From the human T2T-CHM13v2.0 reference genome, Homo sapiens: a stretch of DNA of 64,000 bases. Of this stretch, positions 1-12,429 are shown piece after piece. The notes below the pieces were generated by a model. That model was not told the DNA's origin, did no database searches, and worked only from the letters and a program-made list of their open reading frames with translations. The stretch lies in the NCBI RefSeq assembly GCF_009914755.1, contig NC_060926.1. One strand, given 5' to 3'. Every line of letters begins with the position of its first letter. The first letter of the stretch is position 1. Made by a program: the position numbers and the translations under genes.

Positions 1-945
1 ACCCCATGCAAGTCCAGTATCCAGCAGAACAGTCAAATCTTTAAGCTCCAAAATGATTTCCTTTGACTACATGTCTTGTATCCGGGTCGCACTGATGCAA
101 GAGGTGAGTTCCCATGGCCTTGAGCAGCTTCACTCCTGTGGCTTTGCAGGGTACAGCCTCCCTCACAACTGCTTCATGGGCTGATGTTGAGTGTGGCTTT
201 TTCAGGCACATGATGCCAGCAGACGGTGGATCTACCATTCTGGGGTGTGGAGGATGGTGGTCCTCTTCTCACAGCTCCACTAGGCGGTGCCCAAGTAGGG
301 ACTCTGTCTGGGAGCTCCAACCCCACATTTCTCTGCTGCACTGCCCTAGCAGAAGTTCTCCATGACAGCCCCACCCCTGTAGCAAACTTCTGCCTGGACA
401 TCCAGGTGTTTCCATACATCCCCTGAAATCTAAGTGGAGGTTCCCAAACCTCAATTCTTGACTTCTGGGCACCCACACAGAACACCACATGGAAGCTTCC
501 AAGGCTTGGGGCTTGCACCCTCTGAAGCCATGACCTGAGCTGTACCCTTTTAGTCATGGCTGGAGCAGCTGGGATGCAGGACACCAAGTCCCTAAACTGC
601 ACACAGCACAGGGACACTTGGTCTGGCCCATGAAACCATTTTTTCCTCCTAGAGCTCTGGGTCTGTGATGGGAGAGGCTGCTGCGAAGACCCCTGACATG
701 CCCCGGAGACATTTTTCCCAGTGTCTTGGGGATTAACATTTGGCTTCTCATTACTTATGCATATTTCTGCAGCCAGTTTGAATTTCTACTTAGAAAATGG
801 GATTTTCTTTTCTATCACATTGTCAGGCTGCAAATTTTCCAAACTTTTATGCTCTACTTCCCTTATAAAACGGAATGCATTTAACGGCACCCAAGTCACA
901 TCTTGAATGCTTTGCTGCTTAGAAATTTCTTCCACCAGATACCCT
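1..945 (-). mobile_element. MaLR internal sequence (THE1/MST-int), truncated
   Basis: Typical MaLR-int text (ccccatgcaagtcc...; agaaatttcttccaccagataccct). Runs off the window start and ends abruptly with no cognate LTR. Confidence 0.85.
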
Positions 946-1057
946 ACCAACACCTTGGTTTCAGACTTATGGCCTCTTGAACTGTGAAACAATTTTTTTA
1001 TTTTAAGCTACCCAATTTTTGATCACTTTTATGAGGCAGCTATAGGAAACGAGTACA
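942..1057 (+). mobile_element. MLT1-type MaLR LTR, 3' portion only
   Basis: ccaacaccttggtttcagactt...gaactgtga...ttttaagctacc...gcagctataggaaacgagtaca matches an MLT1 LTR 3' end finishing in CA. Confidence 0.75.
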
Positions 1058-1155
1058 GTATTTTTTCTTGTTTCATGCCTTCTTTTCTTCCTCTAAGTTG
1101 TTGATTACATCTCTTAAAGTTTTTTTTCTAATTCATGTATTCTATTTCTTCAGGT

Positions 1156-1230
1156 TCCTCCTCCTCCTCCTCCTTCTCCTTCTTCTCCTTCTCCTTGCTT
1201 CTTCCTTCTTCCTTCTACCTCTTCGTCTTC
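1156..1230. repeat. (CCT)n/(CTT)n low-complexity tract
   Basis: Visible degenerate trinucleotide repeat. Confidence 0.85.
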
Positions 1231-1759
1231 TTTTGGTCTTTGACTTTTCTCTTGGTGATTTTTATCTTATTACTTGTGATCCTTGGTTGGCAGTGAAAGT
1301 TTAGGAATGGAGCACTAAAAGTTAGTTGGAGGCTCTGTGTATATAGGGAGACTTGTTAACTTGTGGGCTCCTCTGAAGAGCAGTTAAGCAGTAAGCCACA
1401 TTTTCACTGGTGGGGATGGGGAGCGCCTAAGTTCAGCCTGTTTACATGTTTTGTCCATGGGACCATTCAGTTTATTTTAAGACTTATCCCCCAACCTCCT
1501 GCCTTCTATTCATTAGCCAAACTACTGGAATTCTTTAAACAGGGCAGGGAAAATTATTGAGAATGCATTCATTAGTAGACAGATTCTCCCTCAATTCTCT
1601 TATTTTCTCCTATGTCTCAGTGTCTCCCACAACAAACTTGAGATTGCGTTACCAAGCCTGGAGGCTGGCTGCCTGGCTGCTTAGGATGTTGGAGGGCAGA
1701 GGCTCTACTATTCTATATACAACTATCCAATCAATTACCTTGTTTTCCATCTTACACGT

Positions 1760-2225
1760 TGTGATGGTTAATTTTATGTGTCAGCTTGACAGGGCCAAGA
1801 GATGCCCAGGTAGCTGGTAAAATGTTATTTCTGGGCATGTCTGTGAAATTGTCTCCAGCAGACAGTAGCATTTGAATCAGTAAACTGAGTAAGGAAGACC
1901 TGCCCTTAACAACGTGGGCAGGCATTATCCAATCCATTGAGGGTCTAAATAGAATAAAAAGGCAAAGGAAGTGTGGGTTTTCTCGCTCTTACTGAGCTGA
2001 GAGATGGAAGACATCTGTCTTCTCCTGTCCCTGGACATCAGCACTCTTCGTTCTCCATCTTGCAGACAGCATATTATGGGACTTCTTCACCCTCCATAAC
2101 TGTGTGCGCCAATTCCCGTAATTCATCCTTATCTATCTATCACCTATCGAACGATTGATCGCTCTATTTCTATCCATCAATCTATCCATCATATTGGTTC
2201 TATTTCTCTGGAGAACCCTAATACA
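1760..2225 (+). mobile_element. MLT2-family ERVL solo LTR
   Basis: Begins TGTGATGGTTAATTTTATGTGTCAGCTTGAC and ends ctctggagaaccctaatACA. Possible decayed 5-bp TSD cacgt/tacct. Confidence 0.88.
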
Positions 2226-2236
2226 TACCTCATGTC

Positions 2237-2554
2237 TTTTTTTTTTCTTTTTTTCTTTTTTTTTTTTGAGACGGAGTCTCGCTCTGTTGCCCAGGCTGGG
2301 GTGCAGTGACATGATCTCGGCTCACTGCAACCTTCACCTCCCAGATTCAAGCAATTCTCTTGCCTCAGGCTCCCGAGTAACTGGGACTACAGGCGTGTAC
2401 CACCACACCCAGCTAAATATTTTTAAATTTTATTTTTAGTAGAGACGGGGTTTCATCATGTTAGCCAGGATGGTCTCGATCTTCTGACCTCGTGATCCGC
2501 CTACCTTGGCCTCCCAGAGTTCTGGGATTACAGGCATGAGCCACGGCATTCGGC
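2237..2554 (-). mobile_element. Alu (AluSc-like)
   Basis: Poly(T) plus a full dimer with gccaggatggtctcgatc; TSD-like ctcatgtctt/cttatgtctt. Confidence 0.95.
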
Positions 2555-2904
2555 ATCTTATGTCTTCTTTACAGAGCTTCACATTCAGAAGCTCAGAGCT
2601 TTTCCAAGGATATTAAGGGAAAATTCTGTCTACTCTTAATTGGATCATCGAATTGAATTGTACCATTGAGCTTCCTAAGTTGGGCTTCTTCCACTCTGCT
2701 AAGCCAATTGTCACTGTTCTATCTGCATCTGAAAGTCTGTTAAAATCTTTTGTTTCCTATTGTCCCCTCTCTGGTTATTTTAATCTTCAATGCCTGATAT
2801 CTCTATATTTTCTTTTGCTATTATTTTTATTGGGTGAGAGAATAACTAAATACATATGGTCAGTCAATGTTAAATCATGTTAAATCAAAAGTACACTTCC
2901 AGGT

Positions 2905-3055
2905 GGGAGGAAACTTTTGGAGTTGATAGATATGTTTATGATACTGAAAGTGATGATGGTTTCATGGATGTATGCTTATCTCAAAAGACATCAAACTGTA
3001 TACATTAAATATCTACAACTTTTTGCACATCAATTATACCTCAATAAAGTGGTTA
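2905..3055 (+). mobile_element. Old L1 (L1MC/ME) 3' end fragment
   Basis: gtgatgatggtttcatgg...catcaaactgtatacattaaata...caattatacctcaataaag. Confidence 0.75.
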
Positions 3056-3532
3056 TAAATGCTATAATCACCTAAGAAGTAAATACACATGAAGATTAAG
3101 AGCAGAAAATGAAGGTAGAGAAATCAATGAAGCAAAAAAAAAAAAGTATCCTTCCAACTTTCAAATCATAGCTCACATTTAAAACCAAACAAAATGTAAG
3201 TTAAACAAAGAACTGTTAGGGTTCTCTTTGGCCTGTGGATGTTTTGATCTCTGCCGAGGATTTACGATGGAGGCAAAAACAGAGGCAAGGGATATAAAGC
3301 TGACATTGCAATGGAAACTGGAGCTGCTAATGCAATCAGGAAAAACTGAAAGGAGAGGGCCACTTTGCAAGAAGAGGTCCACCCCTCAAAGAGAGGGCCA
3401 GCCGATGCTTCCTTACCCAAGACCTGGCATGAACAGACATAGGACTGAATCTGCCAGAGGAAGCAAAGGAGTTCTGAGCCCAAGAGTGCTGCACAGGCCT
3501 CTTGGCAAGAGGTTTTATGGGGCAATTGTAAG

Positions 3533-4445
3533 TTGTCTATTTCAGTGTTATGAATTATCCCAAAATGTATTGTCTTAAAACTACAAAAGATCATTATCTC
3601 ACAGGGTCTGTGGGTCAAGAATTTGAAAGCAGTTTAGTTGAGTGGCCCTGGATTGTGGTCCCTTATAAGCTTGCAGACCAGCTGTCAGCCAAGGATGGAG
3701 TCATCTGGATGCTTTCCTGGGGCTGGAGGATTCACTTTTGAGCTCACTTGTGTGGCTGTTAGTCTAGGAAATTTGTCCCTCTTTAGCTGTTGGCTGGAGG
3801 CCTCAGTTCCTCATCTGGTAAGCCTTTCTCCCTGACATGACAGTAGCTTTCCAGGACCAAGTGATCCATAAGGACAAGCAGGAAGCCTTTTATGACCTGG
3901 CCTCCAAAGTTGAACACTGTCACCCCCACTTTGCAGTTGACCCTTCAACAACACAGGAGCCAGGGACGTCAACTCCTATGCCATGTAGTCAAAAATCTGA
4001 ATGTAACTCAAACTACCAATAGCCTACTCTTGGCCAGAAGCCTCATTGATAACATAAACAGTCAATTAACACATATTTTGTATATGTTATAAATTGTATT
4101 CTTACAATATGATAAGGTAGAGAAAAGAAAACATTATTAAGAAAATCCTAATAAAGAGAAAATATATTTACTATTTATTAAGTGAAAGTGGATCATCACA
4201 AAGGTCTTCATCTTCATTGTCTTCAAGAGAGGAGGGGTGAGTCTTGCTGTCTCAGGTGTGGCAGAGGTGGAAGAAAATTTGCATATGAGTGAACCCTCAC
4301 AGTTCAAACTCCTGTTGTTCAAGAGCCAACTGTATATATTCTTAGGAATGAGTCACAAAGTTCAGACTGCTCAAGAAGAAAGGAATTAGGTTCCACTTTT
4401 GAAGGAAGAAATATGAAGGAATTTGTGGACATTTAAAACCACTAC
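3533..4445 (-). mobile_element. MLT1 (F/G/H-like) LTR split by Tigger2a
   Basis: MLT1 text at 3533-3932 resumes at 4335 and ends gaatttgtggacatttaaaaccactaca. Confidence 0.75.
3934..4332. mobile_element. Tigger2a/MER28-like non-autonomous DNA transposon
   Basis: Terminal inverted repeats CAGTTGACCCTTCAACAACA...TGTTGTTCAAGAGCCAACTG, flanked by TG/TA (decayed TA TSD). Confidence 0.88.
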
Positions 4446-4654
4446 ATGGGCTTTTAAAAATATTCCTTAGCATTTGGACATCTTTTTGTTTTGTTTTAAT
4501 CTTTTTTCTCTTACTCACTGTATCTCTCTGTGTTTTTTGCTTAGAAGTCACCATGTGAAGTGGGAATCAATTTATATTAAGCAGATTATCTGATTTAATC
4601 CTTATAGCTATCACTTCAAAACTCACTGAGATAAGTATTGTCCTCATATACACT

Positions 4655-4830
4655 TATTCATTACATTCAACAAATATTTACCAAATGCATATAATATTTC
4701 AGAAGGAGATCATAAAAGGCATGCAGTTCAGTTTATTTATTCCTTCAACAAATATTTATCAAGTGCATATGCTGTTTTAGGCTCTATGCTGGGTGCCAGG
4801 GTGTACTGTTGAATAAGGCATGGTATCTGA
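4655..4830 (-). mobile_element. L2 3' end fragments
   Basis: ttcaacaaatatttat...gtgc...ctatgctgggtgccaggg L2 tail signature, present twice. Confidence 0.7.
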
Positions 4831-6056
4831 CCTCATCTCATTTTCATTCACACAAGGTTTCCATTCTTGTGGAAGGTACCTGAAGGGAAGTCAAGATACA
4901 TGTCCAAGGTTACACAGGGGTATGCCACCTTACATTGCTCTCATCAAAGAAGTAACAAGTGGAGGGAGGGAGGGAAATGGTTTCTTCTTGGGTGTTCAGC
5001 ATTGTTCCCTGCCAAGGAAAGGAGGTAGAGATGGGAGGACAATATTCAATCAGGGAAAAGGCCATACATTTTTGCAAGCACCCACTGGGTTGAAGCTCTG
5101 GAAGGCAGAAGGATAAGATCCCCAACTCCACAGCCTTCGAACCAAGGAGTTAGCAACATGGGTGTCCTAGGTAGGAGAAATGGGCCAAGTGTCTAAGGAC
5201 AAGGATGTTTTTCAGCCTTCCTCACATCATCTGTACAGACAGCTGTCCTCTCTGCCTCCTATGAGATTTAGCATGGCCTTTTCCTGGCCAATGCATCTAA
5301 GGACTGAGAGTCTTGTGACTGGGGTCTCGGACAAAGAGCAAAGGTTAGTCTGGAAGCTAAGATGCATGGACATTTAGGGAGAAGCTAATGGCAAGTTTGA
5401 AAACAAAACTTGGATTGCATTGGGGGTTTTAGAGCAGAGGACTCCAGCAGAAGGGAGCAAGAAGCCAGAGGTGAAAGAGAGGAAGGAATGCTTGTGTTTC
5501 CGGATGGGGTGGGCTGATTCTGAGGCTGCTGGAGCCTGGGTGGCTGTCGGGAGCTTTTCTGCTCTGTTGCTGTTGTAATTACAGCATCTGAAAGCTTGCG
5601 TGACATTGCTAATTTTAGAGAAAATGGGACACTGATATCTGTAAGAACACTCAGGCTTAGGTTGGTGATTAACGTTTCCACGTATCACAGAATCAAATCC
5701 AGAAATGGTGTAGGCATTAGGAAATATTATTATTAGAAGAATGTTCGTAATGATGGAAATGAAAAATGTAAATGCCAACTCTTTAGAGAGGTTTAAAGAG
5801 ATTAATTGGAATAATAAAACAACTGAAGTCAAATTGGTTATGGAACTGTGCTTTGAAATGATAAATTCTATTTGAAGTCTGTTTTCTTTTGGCACATTCT
5901 TTTTTGGCTAAAATGTAAAAATAAATTAGTGAAGTGAGCTTCTCAAATCCATGAAGGGCTATAGAACAAGGTATATGCTGACCAAGTATTTCTTATTTGT
6001 TGTAGGGAAAGACATTTTTTAAAAAGGAAAGAAAGCTGTAATAGGAAGATCACAGC

Positions 6057-8568
6057 AATATACATATATATATGTATATTGTATATATATGTATATGCAA
6101 TATATATGTATATACCATATATATGTATATACATATATATGTATTGTATATACATATATGGTATATACATATATTGTATATACATATATGTATTGTATAT
6201 ACATATACGTGGATACATATATGTGTATTGCATATACATATACGTGGATACATATATGTGTATTGCATATACATATACGTGGATACATATATGTGTATTG
6301 CATATACATATACGTGGATACATATATGTGTATTGCATATACATATACGTGGATACATATATGTGTATTGCATATACATATACGTGGATACATATATGTG
6401 TATTGCATATACATATACGTGGATACATATATGTGTATTGCATATACATATACGTGGATACATATATGTGTATTGCATATACATATACGTGGATACATAT
6501 ATGTGTATTGCATATACATATACGTGGATACATATATGTGTATTGCATATACATATACGTGGATACATATATGTGTATTGCATATACATATACGTGGATA
6601 CATATATGTGTATTGCATATACATATACGTGGATACATATATGTGTATTGTATATACATATACGTGGATACATATATGTGTATTGTATATACATATACGT
6701 GGATACATATATGTGTATTGTATATACATATACGTGGATACATATATGTGTATTGTATATACATATACGTGGATACATATATGTGTATTGTATATACATA
6801 TACGTGGATACATATATGTGTATTGTATATACATATACGTGGATACATATATGTGTATTGTATATACATATACGTGGATACATATATGTGTATTGTATAT
6901 ACATATACGTGGATACATATATGTGTATTGTATATACATATACGTGGATACATATATGTGTATTGTATATACATATACGTGGATACATATATGTGTATTG
7001 TATATACATATACGTGGATACATATATGTGTATTGTATATACATATACGTGGATACATATATGTGTATTGTATATACATATACGTGGATACATATATGTG
7101 TATTGTATATACATATACGTGGATACATATATGTGTATTGTATATACATATACGTGGATACATATATGTGTATTGTATATACATATACGTGGATACATAT
7201 ATGTGTATTGTATATACATATACGTGGATACATATATGTGTATTGTATATACATATACGTGGATACATATATGTGTATTGTATATACATATACGTGGATA
7301 CATATATGTGTATTGTATATACATATACGTGGATACATATATGTGTATTGTATATACATATACGTATCTACGTGGATACATATATGTGTATTGTATATAC
7401 ATATACGTATCTACGTGGATACATATATGTGTATTGTATATACATATACGTATCTACGTGGATACATATATGTGTATTGTATATACATATACGTATCTAC
7501 GAGGATACATATATGTGTATTGTATATACATATACGTATCTACGTGGATACATATATGTGTATTGTATATACATATACGTATCTACGTGGATACATATAT
7601 GTGTATTGTATATACATATACGTATCTACGTGGATACATATATGTGTATTGTATATACATATACGTATCTACGTGGATACATATATGTGTATTGTATATA
7701 CATATACGTATCTACGTGGATACATATATGTGTATTGTATATACATATACGTATCTACGTGGATACATATATGTGTATTGTATATACATATACGTATCTA
7801 CGGGGATACATATATGTGTATTGTATATACATATACGTATCTACGTGGATACATATATGTGTATTGTATATACATATACGTATCTACGTGGATACATATA
7901 TGTGTATTGTATATACATATATGTATTGTATATACATATATGTATATACGTATATACATATATGTATTTTATATACATATATATGTATATACGTATATAC
8001 ATATATGTATATACGTATATAGATATACATATATATGTATTGTATATACATATATGTATATACATATATACATATATATTGATATACATATATATGTATT
8101 GTATATACATATACAATATATGTATATATACATATACATATACAATATATGTATATACATATATATGTATTGTATATACATATATATGTATTGTATATAC
8201 ATATATTGATATACATATATGTATATATACATATATACATATATGTATATATACATATATACATATATGTATATATACATATATACATATATGTATATAT
8301 ACATATATACATATATGTATATATACATATATACATATATGTAAATATACATATATACATATGTACATATATACATATATACATATGTACATATATACCT
8401 ATATACATATGTACATATATACATATATACATATGTACATATATACATATATAGATATATATACACATATATAGATATACATATATGTATATATACATAC
8501 ATACATATGTACATATATACATATATACATATATATACACATATATATACACATACATATATATATAT
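6057..8568. repeat. AT-rich minisatellite/VNTR with 35-bp and 43-bp units and degenerate (TA)n flanks
   Basis: Unit TACGTGGATACATATATGTGTATTG(C/T)ATATACATA, 33 copies at 6206-7360. 43-bp variant with an extra TACGTATC, 13 copies at 7361-7919. Confidence 0.98.
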
Positions 8569-9014
8569 GGTGGGCAGAAAGTGAAACACAGAAATTGGTA
8601 CTCAAACATCATTTAGGGAAAAACTTCTACAGAGGAACTGGGAATGTTATGCTTGAAAACAGCGATAATGGAATGGTTTTAAGGCCACACCTGGAAAGAG
8701 TAGAAACAAGAATAGGGTTAAGAGACAAAAAAAAAAAAAAAAAAAGTTAGAGTTGGTGATAAGAAGTGAATAATGTTTAGGCTCAGAGTGAATAATACAA
8801 AGGTGTATTTGTTTTAACTAAGAGAGAATAAGTCACATGAGAAGAACTGAAATTCATCATTAGTCTTAGGGATAACAGCCTGGAAATATTTCAATCAAAA
8901 ATGTTATTATATCTCATAGATGCAGACTAACATCTTATCAAGGTCCCTGACAATGTATTATTAATAGTGTAGTTTCATAGTTTATAAGCTTAATTCCAAG
9001 AGTGCTGGAAGGAA

Positions 9015-9190
9015 TATGAACTTTGGAGCTCCATAGAGCTGGTTTTGACCTCTGTGACTTTGTGCACACTTTATTTTGCTGTGCCCCGGTCCCTCTGTGT
9101 AAAAGAGAATAATAGTGTTAACCTTTCAAGATTGCCATGATTAATGAGGCCATGCATGTATAGTCTCTTGGCACATATTACATGCTTGCT
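9015..9190 (+). mobile_element. MIR
   Basis: ctttggagc...tgtgactttg...ctgtgtaaaagagaataatag...cttggcacata. Confidence 0.6.
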
Positions 9191-9917
9191 AGTACCTCTT
9201 CTCCTTTACTTTAAGTGGAAACTACATAAAGAAGGGAACTTACAATGTGATATGTTGTCACCACCCAAGCAGCCGGGCCACAGCCTCAGGTCTAACCTCT
9301 AAGATTTATGCATTGAGCATGGCTCTGAAAGGTCAGAACTCGTTTTACTAAATTGTCCATGGACTCAGGAAAACATCACAAGGAATCCTGCAGTGTTTTG
9401 GATCCCGTGTTGAAGATATTAAGGAGAAATTGTTAGGGCAATTAGGCTAAAAGAGAATATGCATTTAATATTTGTGATGCTTAGATAATACATCAGTTAC
9501 TAATCGAGTCATTAATCCTATTTTATAAAATATTGCCAGCCATTATTAGTTTGGGAGAGTCACATACCTTCTCTCACCCTGTTTTCTCATCTCAAAAATG
9601 GGGATAACTTATGAATTCTTTTTAGAGTTAATGAATAACAGAAATGGGGGCTTGTAATAGTCTGCATAATTTCAAATTCAACCCTAAAATAAATTCTATT
9701 TTGGTATTTTTTTAATAAACTAAAAATGTTGAAGTGTCTGTATATTATTTTAGGTGACATTGTTGATGAGAAACTAATAATTTTCATAAGTTAAAGGACA
9801 TAGCATTCCCTTATTATAAAAATATGACCTCTAAATTTTGTTTCCATAATGTTTTTACAGAAAGTTTCAAATTTTAATTTTCTTATTAAAACATATAGTT
9901 ACACACACAAAAACAAT

Positions 9918-10030
9918 AAAATGGGGATAACAATAGTGCCCACCACGTAGGGTTGCTGTGAGCCCTGAATGAGATGACATGTATAAAAGTGCTGGGTAGA
10001 GTGTCTGGAACAGAGTGGGCAATTAATCAA
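9918..10030 (+). mobile_element. MIR
   Basis: aaaatggggataacaatagtgcccacc...agggttgctgtgag...aaagtgct. Confidence 0.8.
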
Positions 10031-11002
10031 TACCAGATAAAAGTTAAACAAGCAAAGAAACAAAATCCTCATCCCTCTTAAAGTGCCTGAAACTCCTAAC
10101 ACTTTGTGACTGTTGGCTCTCAGCCCTGGCTGCATAATTAATCACAGTAGAGTGAACTCTCCATTATCCGCACTAGTGAAGGGCAGAGGCATGGATAAAA
10201 CAAGGGGTAATCTAAAAATCATTTATATATTTGGCTTTGGAATGAAGTCGGAGAAAGACACACACAAACACACACACCTGTCATTTCTGTCCTGGCAAAG
10301 GCTTCCCAACTGGGATCTCTATTGAAGCCTCTGGAGACTTTCTAGGGGCAGGAGGTGGGGGAAGGTAGCACTTGGCACTTAACAAAGGAGATACAGAATA
10401 TACAAAGCACTTAAGATTTTTTTAAATATACGACATATAAAAATTGTCATTACTGTTATTAATAATAGTTTACTTTCAGATTCTTGACAGGTGACAGGCT
10501 GTTTTCATCCACACCTCCCCTGTAACAAATAACGTACTTTTCTGCTGCTCCACACTGCCCACCCAAAGAGAATTTTGAGCAGATGGAAGATGAAATATGA
10601 TTCATTTTTATATTCCTCTGAAGTCTTTAAAAGTGCTTGGCATATAGTGGGAGGTCATAAAGCGTTGAAATTGTGAATTAATGTCTTTTAGGGATATTTC
10701 TGTTTGAAGTGAGTGTTGCATTTTGACTTGGGATAGAGGTCTCCACCAGGTCTGAGAGCTCCCAAAAGTCACTGAGCAGCTCCATTTCATCTGAGATGGT
10801 TTTAGGCTGTTACCTTCTTAAGACTCATTGCCCCTTCTGGAGACATTACTCTAGTTCTTTTGTTGAAACTTGGCATTGATAGTGAAGGTGGAGAGGGCTG
10901 GAGACAAAGAAGGTGCAGAGAAAGATGTGATAGCAGCCTCACAACTTTTGTGTTAAGGGTTTTCAGAGTCTCCCAGGTGAAATCGCCATGTCTCATTGAA
11001 AC

Positions 11003-11500
11003 TTCATTCATTTCACCAACATTTGCTTAGCATGTTTTACAGGTCAAGTATTGTGCCAAACACCAGGAAAACATACTCTAAGATTGTATTATGATTGTTT
11101 ATAGGCCTGTTTCATCTCCTAGACTCAGCTATTTGTGGGTAAGAACTACATCTTGTTCGTCTTTGTGTCCCTAGCATTCAGTACAGCACTGAGCTGTGAA
11201 CTCAGTACTTGATGGAGATGAATGAGTGAGTAAAACACAGTCATTTTCTCAAGGGGCTTGGAGCTGGGTAGGAGAGGCAGCATATCAGTAAATGCTTGAG
11301 GAACAGTACATGGGCTGCTGTATCAGAGATTGCACACAGAGCCTTCATCTGTTTGTGTGGGCTGGGGAAGGTTCACAGAGGAATGGAGGACATGGCTCTT
11401 GAAAAGGCTAGAATTTAGCAGGAGAAGAAGAGAAAAGCATTCCAAAAAGATGGAATAATCCATGCAAATACACGCCATGTTCAGGTACAATCTGAAGAGA
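11003..11500. mobile_element. L2 fragments in mixed orientation
   Basis: Minus-strand tail at ~11003, plus-strand tail ~11095-11230, then minus-strand body. Confidence 0.55.
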
Positions 11501-11857
11501 GGAAGAGGAGTAGGAGAAGAGGGAGGGAAGATGGGCAGGAACGTGAGAGCCTTTCATGCCCTCATTGTTATCCATACATCACCGTGGATCACTTTATTAA
11601 AGGCTGCTTGTTGAATATTTTCCTGGGCCTCTCCAAAGTGTATATGGCTAATCCTCTCAAGGGCATTCCTTCATGCCTTCCCTTTGCTCTACAGGACCCA
11701 GACAGGGCAGGGCATGGAGCAGGCACACAGTCCGACTGTCTGGCTGGACTCCTGACCCTTACCATTTGGTCCAACTGCATTGTGCTGAGCTCTTGAGCCA
11801 CCAGTTTATAGGGTTTTGACACAGATTATGCCTTGTCTGTGTCTTTCTCTCACTCGC

Positions 11858-11901
11858 CCATCCATCCATCCATCCATCCATCCATCCATCCATCCATCCA
11901 T
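11858..11901. repeat. (CCAT)n microsatellite
   Basis: About 11 tandem CCAT units. Confidence 0.95.
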
Positions 11902-12429
11902 GATTAGGAAAGACATCTATATTTGTTGAGTACATGTTTATTAATGTGTAGAGAACACAGCAGAGTTGGAGTCTCCTAAAACATGACTTGCACTGGCTGG
12001 TGCCACCTATAGGGGTTCAACTGCTTGATTTTCTTTTTCTTCCTTGTCCCTACCGCCCCCACCGCTCCCCCGCCACCATCCCTCTTTGAATAAATGAAGA
12101 TGTTGAGGTTCTTCTATCGAGGTTCCGCTCACTGATGCTAGATATCTAAACTTCATGCAGAGAAGCCATCTACAGAGGCAACAGGCCAGGGTGGGGGCGA
12201 GGGGGAGGGCCTGAAAGAAGTTGCCCCCTTCTGTTGATCTCCGACCCGCTTGAAATCTGAGGCATCTCCTGGGGTCAGGAGGCTGCCTTAATATCCGCCC
12301 CCAACACTAAACATTTAGCGCAGGGCAAGGAGAGGCAGGCGAGGGAGGGAGGGAAAGGGGGAAGCACATGGCCCTGCTTTGGCCTGTTTGCCTCCCATAA
12401 TAAGAGGGAAAGGAATAGAAAACACCCAG

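Noticed and set aside
174-617. 147-aa ORF
   Set aside because: Lies wholly in decayed MaLR internal sequence.
5374-5895. 173-aa minus-strand ORF with a hydrophobic N-terminus
   Set aside because: Starts at GTG, has no recognisable domain, and hydrophobicity is expected from T-rich DNA. Nothing supports coding status without Ribo-seq or PhyloCSF.
6206-7919. CRISPR-like regular 35-43 bp periodicity
   Set aside because: Units are head-to-tail with no unique spacers, there are no cas genes, and the DNA is primate.
5943-8612. ORFs of up to 800 aa rich in Y/I/C/H/V/M/T on both strands
   Set aside because: The 35-bp minisatellite unit has no stop codon in any frame, so the peptides are periodic translations of the repeat, not genes.
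8590-8700. Possible L3/CR1 fragment beside the VNTR
   Set aside because: Only a short resemblance (gaggaactgggaatgtt); too weak to call without an HMM search.
11003-11230. Oppositely oriented L2 tails as a miR-28/151-type hairpin
   Set aside because: Arms are diverged, too far apart and not in the tail-to-tail arrangement; no clean stem is visible.
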